Assembly (NCBI GenBank): GCA_045654445.1
Contig: JAZONI010000128.1
Coordinates: 1-63,755 of the forward strand
Reading direction: 5' to 3'
Source: Bacteroidaceae bacterium
GTDB taxonomy: Bacteria > Bacteroidota > Bacteroidia > Bacteroidales > Bacteroidaceae
DNA length: 63,755 nucleotides
The notes beneath the pieces were generated by a model. The model had not been told where the DNA came from, did no database searches, and worked only from the letters and a program-made list of their open reading frames with translations. Positions within the stretch are counted from its first letter, which is position 1. Each line of letters opens with the position of its first letter. The translations under genes and the position numbers were made by a program. Positions 19,993 through 29,142 of the stretch are shown piece after piece.

Positions 19993-20765
19993 TTGATGCA
20001 CATACACAGCAACTATTACGCGAACGATATAATCCAGAGGGCTCACCATGTCGAGAACTTCAATTGCAGTTGTTAGAGATTCTCAAGGAGTTTGATGCTA
20101 TCTGTACAAGACATCATATACCCTATTGGATTGATTCTGGGACACTGATTGGTGCTGTTCGTCATGGTGGGTTCATTCCGTGGGATGATGATATTGATGT
20201 TTGTATTCTTAAGCGAGATCAAGCTCGGTTGCGTGAGGTAATGCTACGTGAACTACGCTCTCCTATGCATTATGTCGACAATAAGGTGGATGCGTCCCAT
20301 GCACGCAAATGGCCACGTATAGTGAAGCCTGGTGTGGTAACAGACTCTCGTGGTAATCAGCAAGAGGTTTGGCTTGATGTCTTTATTATGGAGTATGGCA
20401 ATAGGCGTTTGTTCAATTTAGTCAATCAGACCTATGGACGTTGTTACAGAAGACTGAGTGGGCTAATTGTCGAGTCGCCCTTGCGTAGACTTTTGGTATC
20501 AATTGTCTATCCTTTGTGTTGGCTTATTATGCAAAGTGCTCGTTGTTGGGGTCGTTGTTTTTGCCGTAATACGTTGATCTTTGATTATGGTGGTATATTC
20601 TCCAGCATTCGTAAGATGGATGAGATATTTCCTCTTACGCAAATAGAGTTTGAGGGAATGAGCTTTAGTGCGCCAGCTCATAGTGATCGTTATTTGCAGC
20701 GTATCTATGGCGATTATATGGCATTGCCTGCTGAGTGTTTGCGTATAACGCATAATTTGATATAA
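19989..20765 (+). CDS. licD: LicD-family phosphotransferase
   Basis: YWIDSGTLIGAVRHGGFIPWDDDIDV is the LicD signature. There is an ATGA start/stop overlap with wzx. Confidence 0.8.
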   Translation: MIDAHTQQLLRERYNPEGSPCRELQLQLLEILKEFDAICTRHHIPYWIDSGTLIGAVRHGGFIPWDDDIDVCILKRDQARLREVMLRELRSPMHYVDNKVDASHARKWPRIVKPGVVTDSRGNQQEVWLDVFIMEYGNRRLFNLVNQTYGRCYRRLSGLIVESPLRRLLVSIVYPLCWLIMQSARCWGRCFCRNTLIFDYGGIFSSIRKMDEIFPLTQIEFEGMSFSAPAHSDRYLQRIYGDYMALPAECLRITHNLI

Positions 20766-20816
20766 TCCTCAGTTGTATAAATCAGGATAAAACTCAACTT
20801 ATTCATAAAAATAGTG

Positions 20817-20824
20817 TATATTTG
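20817..20824 (+). promoter_or_regulatory. Putative internal -7 box TATATTTG for the second half of the glycan island
   Basis: Exact match 38 nt upstream of ATG 20862, in the only sizeable gap (96 bp) inside the island. It coincides with a shift in base composition. Confidence 0.4.
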
Positions 20825-20861
20825 TAACTTGAAAAGTTTTACCTGAAAAGGAAGAGGCCGT

Positions 20862-22004
20862 ATGGAAAAAGCATTAATTGTAGGAGGCAGCAACGGAATA
20901 GGATTGGCTATCGCCCTGGAACTGTCACAAACATACAAGCATGTTATCATAGTAGACAAGGTTGCTCCTGACAACACTATTCCCAATAATTGCAGCTTTA
21001 CAAAAGCCAATCTGCTAGGTGGAGATTTTAGTTTCTTGAATAACTACAACGATATTGACACCCTAGTTATCACTGCAGGCTTTGGGCGTGTGGCAGCTTT
21101 TGAGAGTATCACACCCACAGAGATCAACAACTCATTCAAGGTGAATACTATTGCTGTATTCCAAATCTTACGCTACTACTTCGAGCGTATGCAGCAGTTT
21201 ACTCCCTTCCATTGTGCTGTGATGGGTAGCATAGCCGGACTAGTGTCATCACCCCTATTCGCACTATACGGAGCTACCAAGGCAGCCGTATGCAATGGTA
21301 TAGAGAGCCTCAATATTGAGTTGGAGCAGAGTGGCACAGACAACCGCATCCTGAATGTCTCACCAGGGTCGATCAAGGGGACACGCTTCAATGGCGGTGA
21401 TAACAAACTCGATGCCCTACAACCGCTAGCACAGCAAATCATCAATGAAATGCAGGCACAACACACCCGTTTCATCCCTGATTATGAACCCATATTCCGC
21501 GGTGTCATTGAGCGATACCAAGCCAATGCACATCAATATGGTTTGGATAGCTATAAGTACAAGATGGAGGGAGGACGCCTATCTACCCACCCCCAAGTAA
21601 GAGTTGGTTACCTGAGCGGAACCTTCGACCTCTTCCATATAGGTCATCTCAATCTGTTGAGGCGTGCCAAAGAACACTGCGATTATCTTGTTGTAGGAAT
21701 TCATAAAGATGCTTCACATAAAGGCAAAGATGCATTCATCCCCTTTGACGAACGTGTCGATATAGTCCGTAACATCAAATACGTCGATGAGGTCATACAG
21801 TCAGAGCCCGAAGACAGTGATGTATACACCAAGGGCATTGTTAAATATGATTATCTTTTCGTCGGCTCCGATTATAAGGGTACCGAGCGCTTCAACCGTT
21901 ATGAGGCCTACTTTGCCGACAAAGGTGTAGAAATCATCTATTTCCCCTATACCCAAGGTACAAGTAGCACCCAGCTACGAGACTATTTACAACATGTAAA
22001 ATAA
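20862..22004 (+). CDS. Fusion protein: short-chain dehydrogenase/reductase + TagD-like (HIGH-motif) cytidylyltransferase
   Basis: The N-terminal SDR part has GGSNGIGLAIA and YGATKAA (YxxxK). The C-terminal part GTFDLFHIGHLNLLRRAKEHCDYLVVGI...IKYVDEVI...GTSSTQLRDYL is colinear with glycerol-3-phosphate cytidylyltransferase. Confidence 0.75.
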   Translation: MEKALIVGGSNGIGLAIALELSQTYKHVIIVDKVAPDNTIPNNCSFTKANLLGGDFSFLNNYNDIDTLVITAGFGRVAAFESITPTEINNSFKVNTIAVFQILRYYFERMQQFTPFHCAVMGSIAGLVSSPLFALYGATKAAVCNGIESLNIELEQSGTDNRILNVSPGSIKGTRFNGGDNKLDALQPLAQQIINEMQAQHTRFIPDYEPIFRGVIERYQANAHQYGLDSYKYKMEGGRLSTHPQVRVGYLSGTFDLFHIGHLNLLRRAKEHCDYLVVGIHKDASHKGKDAFIPFDERVDIVRNIKYVDEVIQSEPEDSDVYTKGIVKYDYLFVGSDYKGTERFNRYEAYFADKGVEIIYFPYTQGTSSTQLRDYLQHVK

Positions 22005-22016
22005 CCCATTCCATCG

Positions 22017-23222
22017 ATGAAAAACGAAAATCTCCTCCAACTGATACTGCATTGCATCGGTGCTTTACTGTTCTTACCATTTTGGTATCTGCAACGGTTG
22101 CTTCCCCGCAGCAAACAAGTATGGTTGTTTGGTTCATGGTTTGGGCAGAAATATTCTGACAACTCACGCGGCATGTACGAATATGTACTTGCCCACGAGC
22201 CCCATATACATCCCATGTGGATTACCCATAGCAAAGAGGTGTATACCCGCCTGCAGGCTGAGGACAAGCCCGTAGCTATGGCCCACTCATGGAAGGGGCG
22301 TTGGTGGTGCTTACGTGCAGGAGTAGTATTTATCACAACGGCTGCAGCCGAGATGAATGCCAAGTACCTCAATGGAGCACGTATGGTATGGCTATGGCAT
22401 GGTATGGTCATCAAGCAGATTATGGCCGATGAGGTACGCTTCAAGAACCAGCAGTATAGCACCTTCAAACGTATAAAGGTAGCCATCAACAACTTCCTCT
22501 TCCCATGGGAAAATCATGTGCGAAAAGATGCTGTACTCAGTACAGCAGATTTCTTCAATCCCTTCTTGGCATCAGCCTTCGAGGTTGATAACGCATCACT
22601 TTGGACCGATGGCTATCCACGCAACGATGCCCTATTCTCTAGTACACAAGAGGGAATTATCACACGCTACCGACAGCAGTTCCCTACCGCGAAGTTCATC
22701 ATTTACATGCCCACCCATCGACTCAATGAACGCAAAGGAACACCCTTCAACGGATTTGAGGATTTCGGGTTCGACCAAGAGGAGTTTTTCAAAGTATTGG
22801 AGGAGCAGGACTACGTATTCTTCAATAAAGGGCACTTTTACGATAGTGGAGCACAGATTGGAATGAGCAATCCTCGATTCTTGAATGTCACAGATAAGGA
22901 TTTTGACAATCTCTACACCTTTGTCAAAGATATGGATATCCTAATGACCGACTTCTCGAGCATATATATCGACTACCTGTTGGTCAAGAAACCCATTATT
23001 CTCACTCCCTTCGACTATGAAGACTATATCACCGGAGAGCGCCCCTTATATTTCGACTATAACGACTTGGAAGGTACACGTGCCAACGACTGGGATGAAG
23101 TGCTTCACATCCTTCGTGAACATACCTATTGCGTTCCTAGCGATGCTCAAATCAGTCGATTCCATCGATATATTGATGGAAATAGTGCTCAGCGCATAGC
23201 CAAACATATACAAGAAAGCTAA
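22017..23222 (+). CDS. CDP-glycerol/ribitol polyol-phosphotransferase (TagB/TagF family)
   Basis: IIYMPTHR... and MTDFSSIYIDYLLVKKPIILTPFDYEDY match the TagF-family catalytic region. Confidence 0.75.
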   Translation: MKNENLLQLILHCIGALLFLPFWYLQRLLPRSKQVWLFGSWFGQKYSDNSRGMYEYVLAHEPHIHPMWITHSKEVYTRLQAEDKPVAMAHSWKGRWWCLRAGVVFITTAAAEMNAKYLNGARMVWLWHGMVIKQIMADEVRFKNQQYSTFKRIKVAINNFLFPWENHVRKDAVLSTADFFNPFLASAFEVDNASLWTDGYPRNDALFSSTQEGIITRYRQQFPTAKFIIYMPTHRLNERKGTPFNGFEDFGFDQEEFFKVLEEQDYVFFNKGHFYDSGAQIGMSNPRFLNVTDKDFDNLYTFVKDMDILMTDFSSIYIDYLLVKKPIILTPFDYEDYITGERPLYFDYNDLEGTRANDWDEVLHILREHTYCVPSDAQISRFHRYIDGNSAQRIAKHIQES

Positions 23223-23231
23223 ACTAAAAGG

Positions 23232-24254
23232 ATGAGACCCCGTGCACTGATTATTGGCCCCAAATATTACCACTATCTCAACGCTTGCGAGCATGCATTC
23301 AAAGAGTTGGGCTGGGATGCTGTGGTAGAGTCATACGACAACCCTATCCACCCCTACACACCCACTATGAAGTGGCGCTACAAATTGTCTTGTAACAAAG
23401 TAGCTATGCAACACAAAAGCCGGACGGCCTATGCAGCCTATATCGAGAGACGATTCCAAGAAGTACAGCCCCATGTGGTATTCATCATGAATGGTGACAT
23501 ACTAGAGGCCACTACGCTCGACAGATTCAGACAATCAGCCAAGGTGCTGCTGTGGCTGTTTGACAACCGCAACAAGATACCCACCTCCATAGCCCACGCA
23601 GATCATGTAGACAACCTCTTTTGCTTCGAGCAAGAAGATGTCGACTGGTATCTTTCACAAGGTAAGCAAGCGCACTTTCTGCCTCAAGCTTGCGATACAG
23701 CCACCTACTTTCCCATCGAAGGGCCCAAGGATATCGACATCCTATTTGTCGGAGTACTCTACTACTCGCCTCGTCGACAGCAGATCATCCGCAACCTCAT
23801 ACATCGCTTCCCCGAGCTGCGTATCGTCGTGTTTGGTACCTATAAGCCCTGGTACAAGAATCCCCTTAAGTGGCTTCTACGCGAGAAACGGCACATATAC
23901 CAAAATCGTAACATCAGCGCTCACGAGGTCAACCTATATTATAACCGCTCACGCATCGTGCTCAACATCCACCAAGAGCAACAGCAGAACGGGGCAAACC
24001 CCCGTACCTTCGAAATTAGTGGCACCGCAGCTTACCAACTATGCGATGCCAACCCCTATATCGAATCGCTCTTCACACACGGTGAAATCGGTATTTACCA
24101 CACTGAAGAGGAGCTACACCAACTCATCGAGGAGGCCATCGCTCACGACCGCACTGCTCAAGCAAGACAAGCCTATCACTTCGTACAGACACACCACACC
24201 TTCACCGTACGTATCAAGGAGGCCCTCACCACAGCACATGTCATCACACTATAG
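23232..24254 (+). CDS. Glycosyltransferase, CgeB/Glyco_trans_1_2-like
   Basis: 340 aa. The C-terminal YNRSRIVLNIH...NPRTFEISGTAAYQLCD...HTEEELHQLIEEAI is typical of CgeB-type GT-B enzymes. Confidence 0.6.
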   Translation: MRPRALIIGPKYYHYLNACEHAFKELGWDAVVESYDNPIHPYTPTMKWRYKLSCNKVAMQHKSRTAYAAYIERRFQEVQPHVVFIMNGDILEATTLDRFRQSAKVLLWLFDNRNKIPTSIAHADHVDNLFCFEQEDVDWYLSQGKQAHFLPQACDTATYFPIEGPKDIDILFVGVLYYSPRRQQIIRNLIHRFPELRIVVFGTYKPWYKNPLKWLLREKRHIYQNRNISAHEVNLYYNRSRIVLNIHQEQQQNGANPRTFEISGTAAYQLCDANPYIESLFTHGEIGIYHTEEELHQLIEEAIAHDRTAQARQAYHFVQTHHTFTVRIKEALTTAHVITL

Positions 24255-24257
24255 CCT

Positions 24258-25262
24258 ATGCCTCATATATCTATCATTATACCTATATATAACGCCAGTG
24301 CCTATATAGAAGAGTGCCTATCATCACTCGTGGCGCAGACGATGGACAATATCGAAGTGTTGCTCATCGACGATCATGGACGCGACGATAGCATGCAACG
24401 TGCCATGCGTTTCATCGAGACTCACCCCTGTGGAAAGACCTTTAGATTGCTGTCAACCCCACACAATATGGGCCCAGGTCCCGCACGCAATGTGGGTATC
24501 GATGCAGCCAAGGGGCAATATATAGGTTTCATTGATAGCGACGATGTGGTAGAACCCGACTTCTGCGAGCAGCTCTACCAAGCAGCCCAAGCGCACGATG
24601 CCGATCTCAGCTACTGCCAGGCAGTACTTGTGAAACCCACAGAAACACTCCCCATGCGTAACCCCATCATCGAGAATGGGGCATTCGATGGTGACAAGCG
24701 CCGCTATTTCCTGACCCATTATACCACTCTATTCGTGTCGTTCCTCTACCGTCGCTCACTGCTGAACGAATATAATATCCGTTTCCCTTCCACACGGAGT
24801 GCCGAAGACAGCTACTTTCTTACCTGTGCCCTGTTGGCTTCAAATCGCATAGCTTGCATAGACAAGCCCCTCTACCAGTACCTCGTACATGAGGACTCAC
24901 TCTCTGAGGTGCGTAACCCCAAGCGCTATCTCGACAAGATGCATTCATTTGACCTCCTACTAGCCTTTGCACACGAAAAGGGACTCTACGATACCAATAA
25001 ACAGGAAATTGACTATATCTATCTGAAAAAAGCCTACCTCCTAAGCATCTTTACCTATATACACAACGGCGACTACCCTCACAAAACAGTACTCTTCGAG
25101 CTACATCAACGGCTATTGGACCAGATACCCGATTATACACGTAACTCCCACTACCTTGCCGACTACAAGATGCGCTTACTCCACATGCTCATCTACCGCA
25201 TGCCACGCATAGCAATCCATCTCATCCCCTACTACATACGTTTAACCAAGATGAAACTATAA
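24258..25262 (+). CDS. Family 2 glycosyltransferase
   Basis: ISIIIPIYNASAYIEECLSSL...LLIDDHGRDDS...FIDSDD are GT2 DxD-type motifs. Confidence 0.85.
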   Translation: MPHISIIIPIYNASAYIEECLSSLVAQTMDNIEVLLIDDHGRDDSMQRAMRFIETHPCGKTFRLLSTPHNMGPGPARNVGIDAAKGQYIGFIDSDDVVEPDFCEQLYQAAQAHDADLSYCQAVLVKPTETLPMRNPIIENGAFDGDKRRYFLTHYTTLFVSFLYRRSLLNEYNIRFPSTRSAEDSYFLTCALLASNRIACIDKPLYQYLVHEDSLSEVRNPKRYLDKMHSFDLLLAFAHEKGLYDTNKQEIDYIYLKKAYLLSIFTYIHNGDYPHKTVLFELHQRLLDQIPDYTRNSHYLADYKMRLLHMLIYRMPRIAIHLIPYYIRLTKMKL

Positions 25263-25269
25263 TCCCCCG

Positions 25270-26292
25270 ATGAAGAAGCCTATTCGCATAAAATTTGTGG
25301 ACTTTTGGGACGATTTCGTTCCCGAGCAGAGTCTCTTCTACCAGCTCCTATCACAGAGATACGAAATAGAGTTGACTGACAACCCCGACTATCTCTTCTG
25401 CTCCGTCTTCGGCGACGAACACTTGAGCTACGACTGCGTGAAGATATTCTATACCGGTGAGAACCAATGCCCCGACTTCAACCTCTACGACTACGCCATC
25501 GGCTTTGAGCGTCTCACATTAGGCGACCGTTACTTCCGTCTACCCATATACTACCTCTATGCCAACGACTTTGCAGCCATGCAAGCCAAGCATGAGGCCG
25601 TTTCACTCGATGAAAAGGAGCATTTTTGCAGCTTTGTCTATTCTAACAACAATGCATCGCCCCATCGCGAGGTGTTCCTCAACAAGCTCAACGAGTACCA
25701 AACAGTTTCATCAGGCGGTCGCTATCGCAACAATGTGGGTGGTCCCGTGGCTGACAAGCTACAGTTCCAGCTCACTCATAAGTTCAGCATCGCCTTCGAG
25801 AATAGCAGCTACCCAGGCTACTGCACCGAGAAGTTGGTGCAGTCCTTTGCAGCTCGCACTATTCCCATCTATTGGGGAGACGAGTTTGTAGGTGAAACCT
25901 TCAACGAAGGTGCTTTCATTAATTGCCACCGCTTTGCCTCATGGGACGAGGTTGTTTCCGAAGTCAAGCGTATCGATAACGATGACGTCCTCTACCTACA
26001 GATGCTACAGACACCAGCGCTCAACCATCCACACGATGATAGTCGCGAAGCTACCTTGCAGAGACTCACTGATTTCTTTTCACACATCGTAGACCAACCC
26101 CTTGACAAGGCCACGCGTTACAACCGTCACTATTGGGGCAAACGCTACAACGACCGCATGCGCAACTATGCCAAAGCATATCACTACACACCCCGCGGCA
26201 TGGCCGACTATCTATACAAGAAATATCTCTGGAAACACCGCCGCAAAGGCATACTGTGGAAGATAGACCGTTTAATCAAGCGAATTTCATGA
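25270..26292 (+). CDS. Family 10 glycosyltransferase (alpha-1,3/4-fucosyltransferase-like)
   Basis: KFSIAFENSSYPGYCTEKLVQSFAARTIPIYWGD is the conserved GT10 motif (FutA-like). Confidence 0.75.
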   Translation: MKKPIRIKFVDFWDDFVPEQSLFYQLLSQRYEIELTDNPDYLFCSVFGDEHLSYDCVKIFYTGENQCPDFNLYDYAIGFERLTLGDRYFRLPIYYLYANDFAAMQAKHEAVSLDEKEHFCSFVYSNNNASPHREVFLNKLNEYQTVSSGGRYRNNVGGPVADKLQFQLTHKFSIAFENSSYPGYCTEKLVQSFAARTIPIYWGDEFVGETFNEGAFINCHRFASWDEVVSEVKRIDNDDVLYLQMLQTPALNHPHDDSREATLQRLTDFFSHIVDQPLDKATRYNRHYWGKRYNDRMRNYAKAYHYTPRGMADYLYKKYLWKHRRKGILWKIDRLIKRIS

Positions 26293-26295
26293 GAA

Positions 26296-28008
26296 TTATA
26301 GGAGGTTTCTCCATAATCCTATTTCATCGGGGTTTATGCGACTGATGTAGCCCGTATGTTTGTCTACTTCGCCCTCGATCCAACGTATGAATACGTGTGC
26401 TGATGTCGCGAAGAGCCCGGCATTGGCAGTCGCATCTTGTAGTAGCAGGTAACCCATGATGATGTAGCCTGCCATCTCTACCAGGCGGCGTGCCGTGAGG
26501 TCGGTGAGTTCTTGGTCTTTCAGTTCCACAATCCTGCTTACTGCCTCTTCGTAGCGTGGTACCATGGCATCGAGACGCGCCTTCAAGGGAGCCATCTCGG
26601 GCGATACTTCCCACTCGGCAAACTCTTTCATCACACCAGCATAGAAACCCGATGTGGCGTAGCGTATGGCTGCGATGACCTGCATCTGGGTAGTGCCCTC
26701 GTAGATGTTTGTCACACGAGCATCGCGGTAGAGGCGTTCACAAGCATAGTCCTTCATGTAACCCGAACCACCATGCACCTGCACGCAGTCGTATACATTC
26801 TGGTTACACAGCTCGCTGCCCAAGCCCTTAGAGAGAGGAGTGAACGAGTCGGCCAGTTTGGCATAGTACTTTTGCTCCTTGCGCTCCTCAGGAGTGAGCT
26901 TGCGCTCCTTACTGATATCCTCAAGAGCCTTATAGATATCTACGTAGCGTGAGGTCTGATAGAGTATCGCGCGTGTAGCATCTAGCTTGGCCTTGATATT
27001 GCTGATCATTTCAGCCACGGGTGCCATCTCGATGATGGGTTTGTCAAACTGACGACGACTGCGAGCATAGGCAAGTGCCTCCTCGTAGGCAGCTTGTGAG
27101 ATACCTACGGTCTGGGCAGCAATGCCAAGACGAGCACCATTCATCAGTGCCATCACATATTTGATGAGGCCAAGTCGGCGCTCACCACAAAGTTCTGCCT
27201 TGGCATTATTGTATACCAGTTCACAGGTGGGACTACCCTTGATACCCATCTTGCTCTCTATGCGGCGTACGGTGACACCACCATTGCGTTTATCGTAGAT
27301 AAACATGGATAGGCCGCGTCCATCTTTCGTCCCCTCTTCAGAACGTGCCAGTACGAGGTGTATGTCGCTATCGCCATTGGTGATAAAGCGCTTCACACCA
27401 TTGAGGTACCAGCAGCCATCCTCTTCGCTATAGGTGGCTTTGAGTTGTGCGCTCTGTAGGTCTGAGCCCGCGTCGGGTTCTGTGAGGTCCATACTCATGG
27501 TCTCGCCACTGCATACGCGGCCGATGAAGTGCTGTTTCTGCTCTTCGCTGCCAAATTCATAGATGGTCTCGGCGCAATCTTGCAGTGCCCACAGGTTTTC
27601 AAACCCCGCATCGGCACGACTCACCATGTCGGCAGCAATCATAAAGGTAACGCTCGGGAAGTTGAGGCCACCATAGCGGCGCGGCATCGACAAGCCCATA
27701 AGGCCTGCCTTGCGCAGTGCGTCAAGATTCTGCTCGGTGCCCGAGGCGTAATACACATGTCCGCCCTCACAGGTAGGGCCTTCGTGGTCTACACCTTCGG
27801 CATTGGGGGCGATGATATCGCCACAGATCTCACCTACGATTTCGAGCACTTTGTCATAGTTGTCCATCGCGTCCTCATGGTCCTGAGGGGCGTAGGCATA
27901 TTGGTCTTTCTCTTCGAAGTCGCGCTCGCGAAGTTCCACGATACGCTTCATCAACGGATGGTTCAAGTAATGCTTGAGCTCCGGGCTGTGGGTATAAAAG
28001 TTGGGCAT
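26296..28008 (-). CDS. Long-form acyl-CoA dehydrogenase
   Basis: 570 aa with ACAD motifs (LTEPDAGSDL, GIKGSPT, YEGTTQMQ) and an extended C-terminal helical domain. It lies immediately downstream of etfBA. Confidence 0.85.
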   Translation of the reverse strand: MPNFYTHSPELKHYLNHPLMKRIVELRERDFEEKDQYAYAPQDHEDAMDNYDKVLEIVGEICGDIIAPNAEGVDHEGPTCEGGHVYYASGTEQNLDALRKAGLMGLSMPRRYGGLNFPSVTFMIAADMVSRADAGFENLWALQDCAETIYEFGSEEQKQHFIGRVCSGETMSMDLTEPDAGSDLQSAQLKATYSEEDGCWYLNGVKRFITNGDSDIHLVLARSEEGTKDGRGLSMFIYDKRNGGVTVRRIESKMGIKGSPTCELVYNNAKAELCGERRLGLIKYVMALMNGARLGIAAQTVGISQAAYEEALAYARSRRQFDKPIIEMAPVAEMISNIKAKLDATRAILYQTSRYVDIYKALEDISKERKLTPEERKEQKYYAKLADSFTPLSKGLGSELCNQNVYDCVQVHGGSGYMKDYACERLYRDARVTNIYEGTTQMQVIAAIRYATSGFYAGVMKEFAEWEVSPEMAPLKARLDAMVPRYEEAVSRIVELKDQELTDLTARRLVEMAGYIIMGYLLLQDATANAGLFATSAHVFIRWIEGEVDKHTGYISRINPDEIGLWRNLL

Positions 28009-28015
28009 AATATGT

Positions 28016-28136
28016 GAGACCGACCCTAACCCTCCCTCTACGGAGGGAACTCGGGCATCGCGGTCTATTGTTATTCGTTATCAGTTGTTTTCATTGGATT
28101 GAATCCCCTCCCTAGAGGGAGGGTTAGGGTGGGTCT
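28016..28136. repeat. MITE-like palindromic repeat, copy A (fills the etfA-acd spacer)
   Basis: ~120 bp with ~30-bp terminal inverted repeats, GAGACCgACCCTAACCCTCCCTCTAcGGAGGG ... CCCTCCCTAGAGGGAGGGTTAGGGTGGGTCT. Each arm is itself a hairpin (CCCTCCC-n4-GGGAGGG). It aligns end to end with copy B. Confidence 0.85.
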
Positions 28137-29136
28137 TTTTTATCATCTTCGGCACCACCTCTTCCACGCGTCCTATGATGACATAGTCGGCAATGGCATT
28201 GATGGGAGCGTTAGGGTCAGTATTGATGGATACGATGATGCCACTCTCCTGCATGCCGATGGTGTGCTGTATCTGTCCGCTGATGCCGCAGGCGATATAG
28301 AGTTTGGGACGTACGGTGAGTCCTGTCTGCCCTATCATGCGGTCGTGCTCTACGAAGTCTGCATCTACGGCAGCGCGGCTTGCGCCTACCTCTCCGTGCA
28401 ACTCTTTGGCAAGGTCGAAGAGCAGGTTGAAGTTCTCTCGTGAACCTACACCATAGCCTCCGGCAACCACAACAGATGCACTTTTAAGGTTGTGCTTGGC
28501 ACGCTCGATATGGCGTTCAAGAACCTTCACTACAAAGTCGGCATCGGTGACATAACTCTTCACTTCGTGATGAATCACCTTGCCTTGATAGTTAGCATCG
28601 CGTACCTCCTTCTTCATCACACCCTCGCGCACGGTTGCCATCTGCGGGCGGTGCTCGGGGTTGACAATCGTAACCACGATATTACCACCAAAGGCGGGGA
28701 GCATCTGCAGCAAGATGTTCTCATAGTGCTTGCCCGTATGCTCATCGGTATGGTCACCTATGGCGAGGGCTGTGCAGTCTGCTGTGAGACCACCGTGCAG
28801 GGCTGCTGATACGCGCGGACCGAGGTCACGGCCTACAGCCGTAGCACCCAGTAGCGCTATCTGCGGTTTCTCCTCTTCGAAAAGTTTGGTCAATACCGCA
28901 GCGTGAGGTAATGTGGTGTAGGGGTACAAGCCCTCACCATCAAAGAGGTGCAGTGTATCTACGCCATAGGGCATCACCTGAGCGGATATGCCATCGAGGC
29001 CTTCACCTATGGCCACGGCCTCGAGTTGGCAGCCCAGTTCGTCGGCCAATGAGCGCCCCTTGGTCAGCAGTTCAAGACTGACCTCGGCCACACGGCTCTC
29101 CTCTTGTAATTCTAAGTATATGAATAGGTTGTTCAT
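28081..29136 (-). CDS. etfA: Electron transfer flavoprotein alpha subunit; last 18 codons and stop lie inside a MITE-like repeat
   Basis: FAD-binding C-terminal region (YIACGISGQIQHTIGM...VSINTDPNAPI). Start set at ATG 29136, because the track's GTG 29151 lies inside repeat copy B. The C-terminal THPNPPSREGIQSNENN is repeat-encoded. Confidence 0.85.
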   Translation of the reverse strand: MNNLFIYLELQEESRVAEVSLELLTKGRSLADELGCQLEAVAIGEGLDGISAQVMPYGVDTLHLFDGEGLYPYTTLPHAAVLTKLFEEEKPQIALLGATAVGRDLGPRVSAALHGGLTADCTALAIGDHTDEHTGKHYENILLQMLPAFGGNIVVTIVNPEHRPQMATVREGVMKKEVRDANYQGKVIHHEVKSYVTDADFVVKVLERHIERAKHNLKSASVVVAGGYGVGSRENFNLLFDLAKELHGEVGASRAAVDADFVEHDRMIGQTGLTVRPKLYIACGISGQIQHTIGMQESGIIVSINTDPNAPINAIADYVIIGRVEEVVPKMIKKTHPNPPSREGIQSNENN

Positions 29137-29142
29137 AATTGG

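Noticed and set aside
23638-24309. 223-aa alternative-frame ORF on the same strand as the CgeB-like glycosyltransferase
   Set aside because: It encodes a Ser/Thr/Pro-rich low-complexity product, is out of frame within a gene with good family motifs, and has no independent start context.
28099-28443. Plus-strand ORFs starting in the MITE-like repeats (28099-28443 and 28988-29257)
   Set aside because: Their start or end segments are repeat-encoded (MNPLPRGRVRVG.., ..TLTLPLGRGPGHHG..) and the rest is antisense to etfA.
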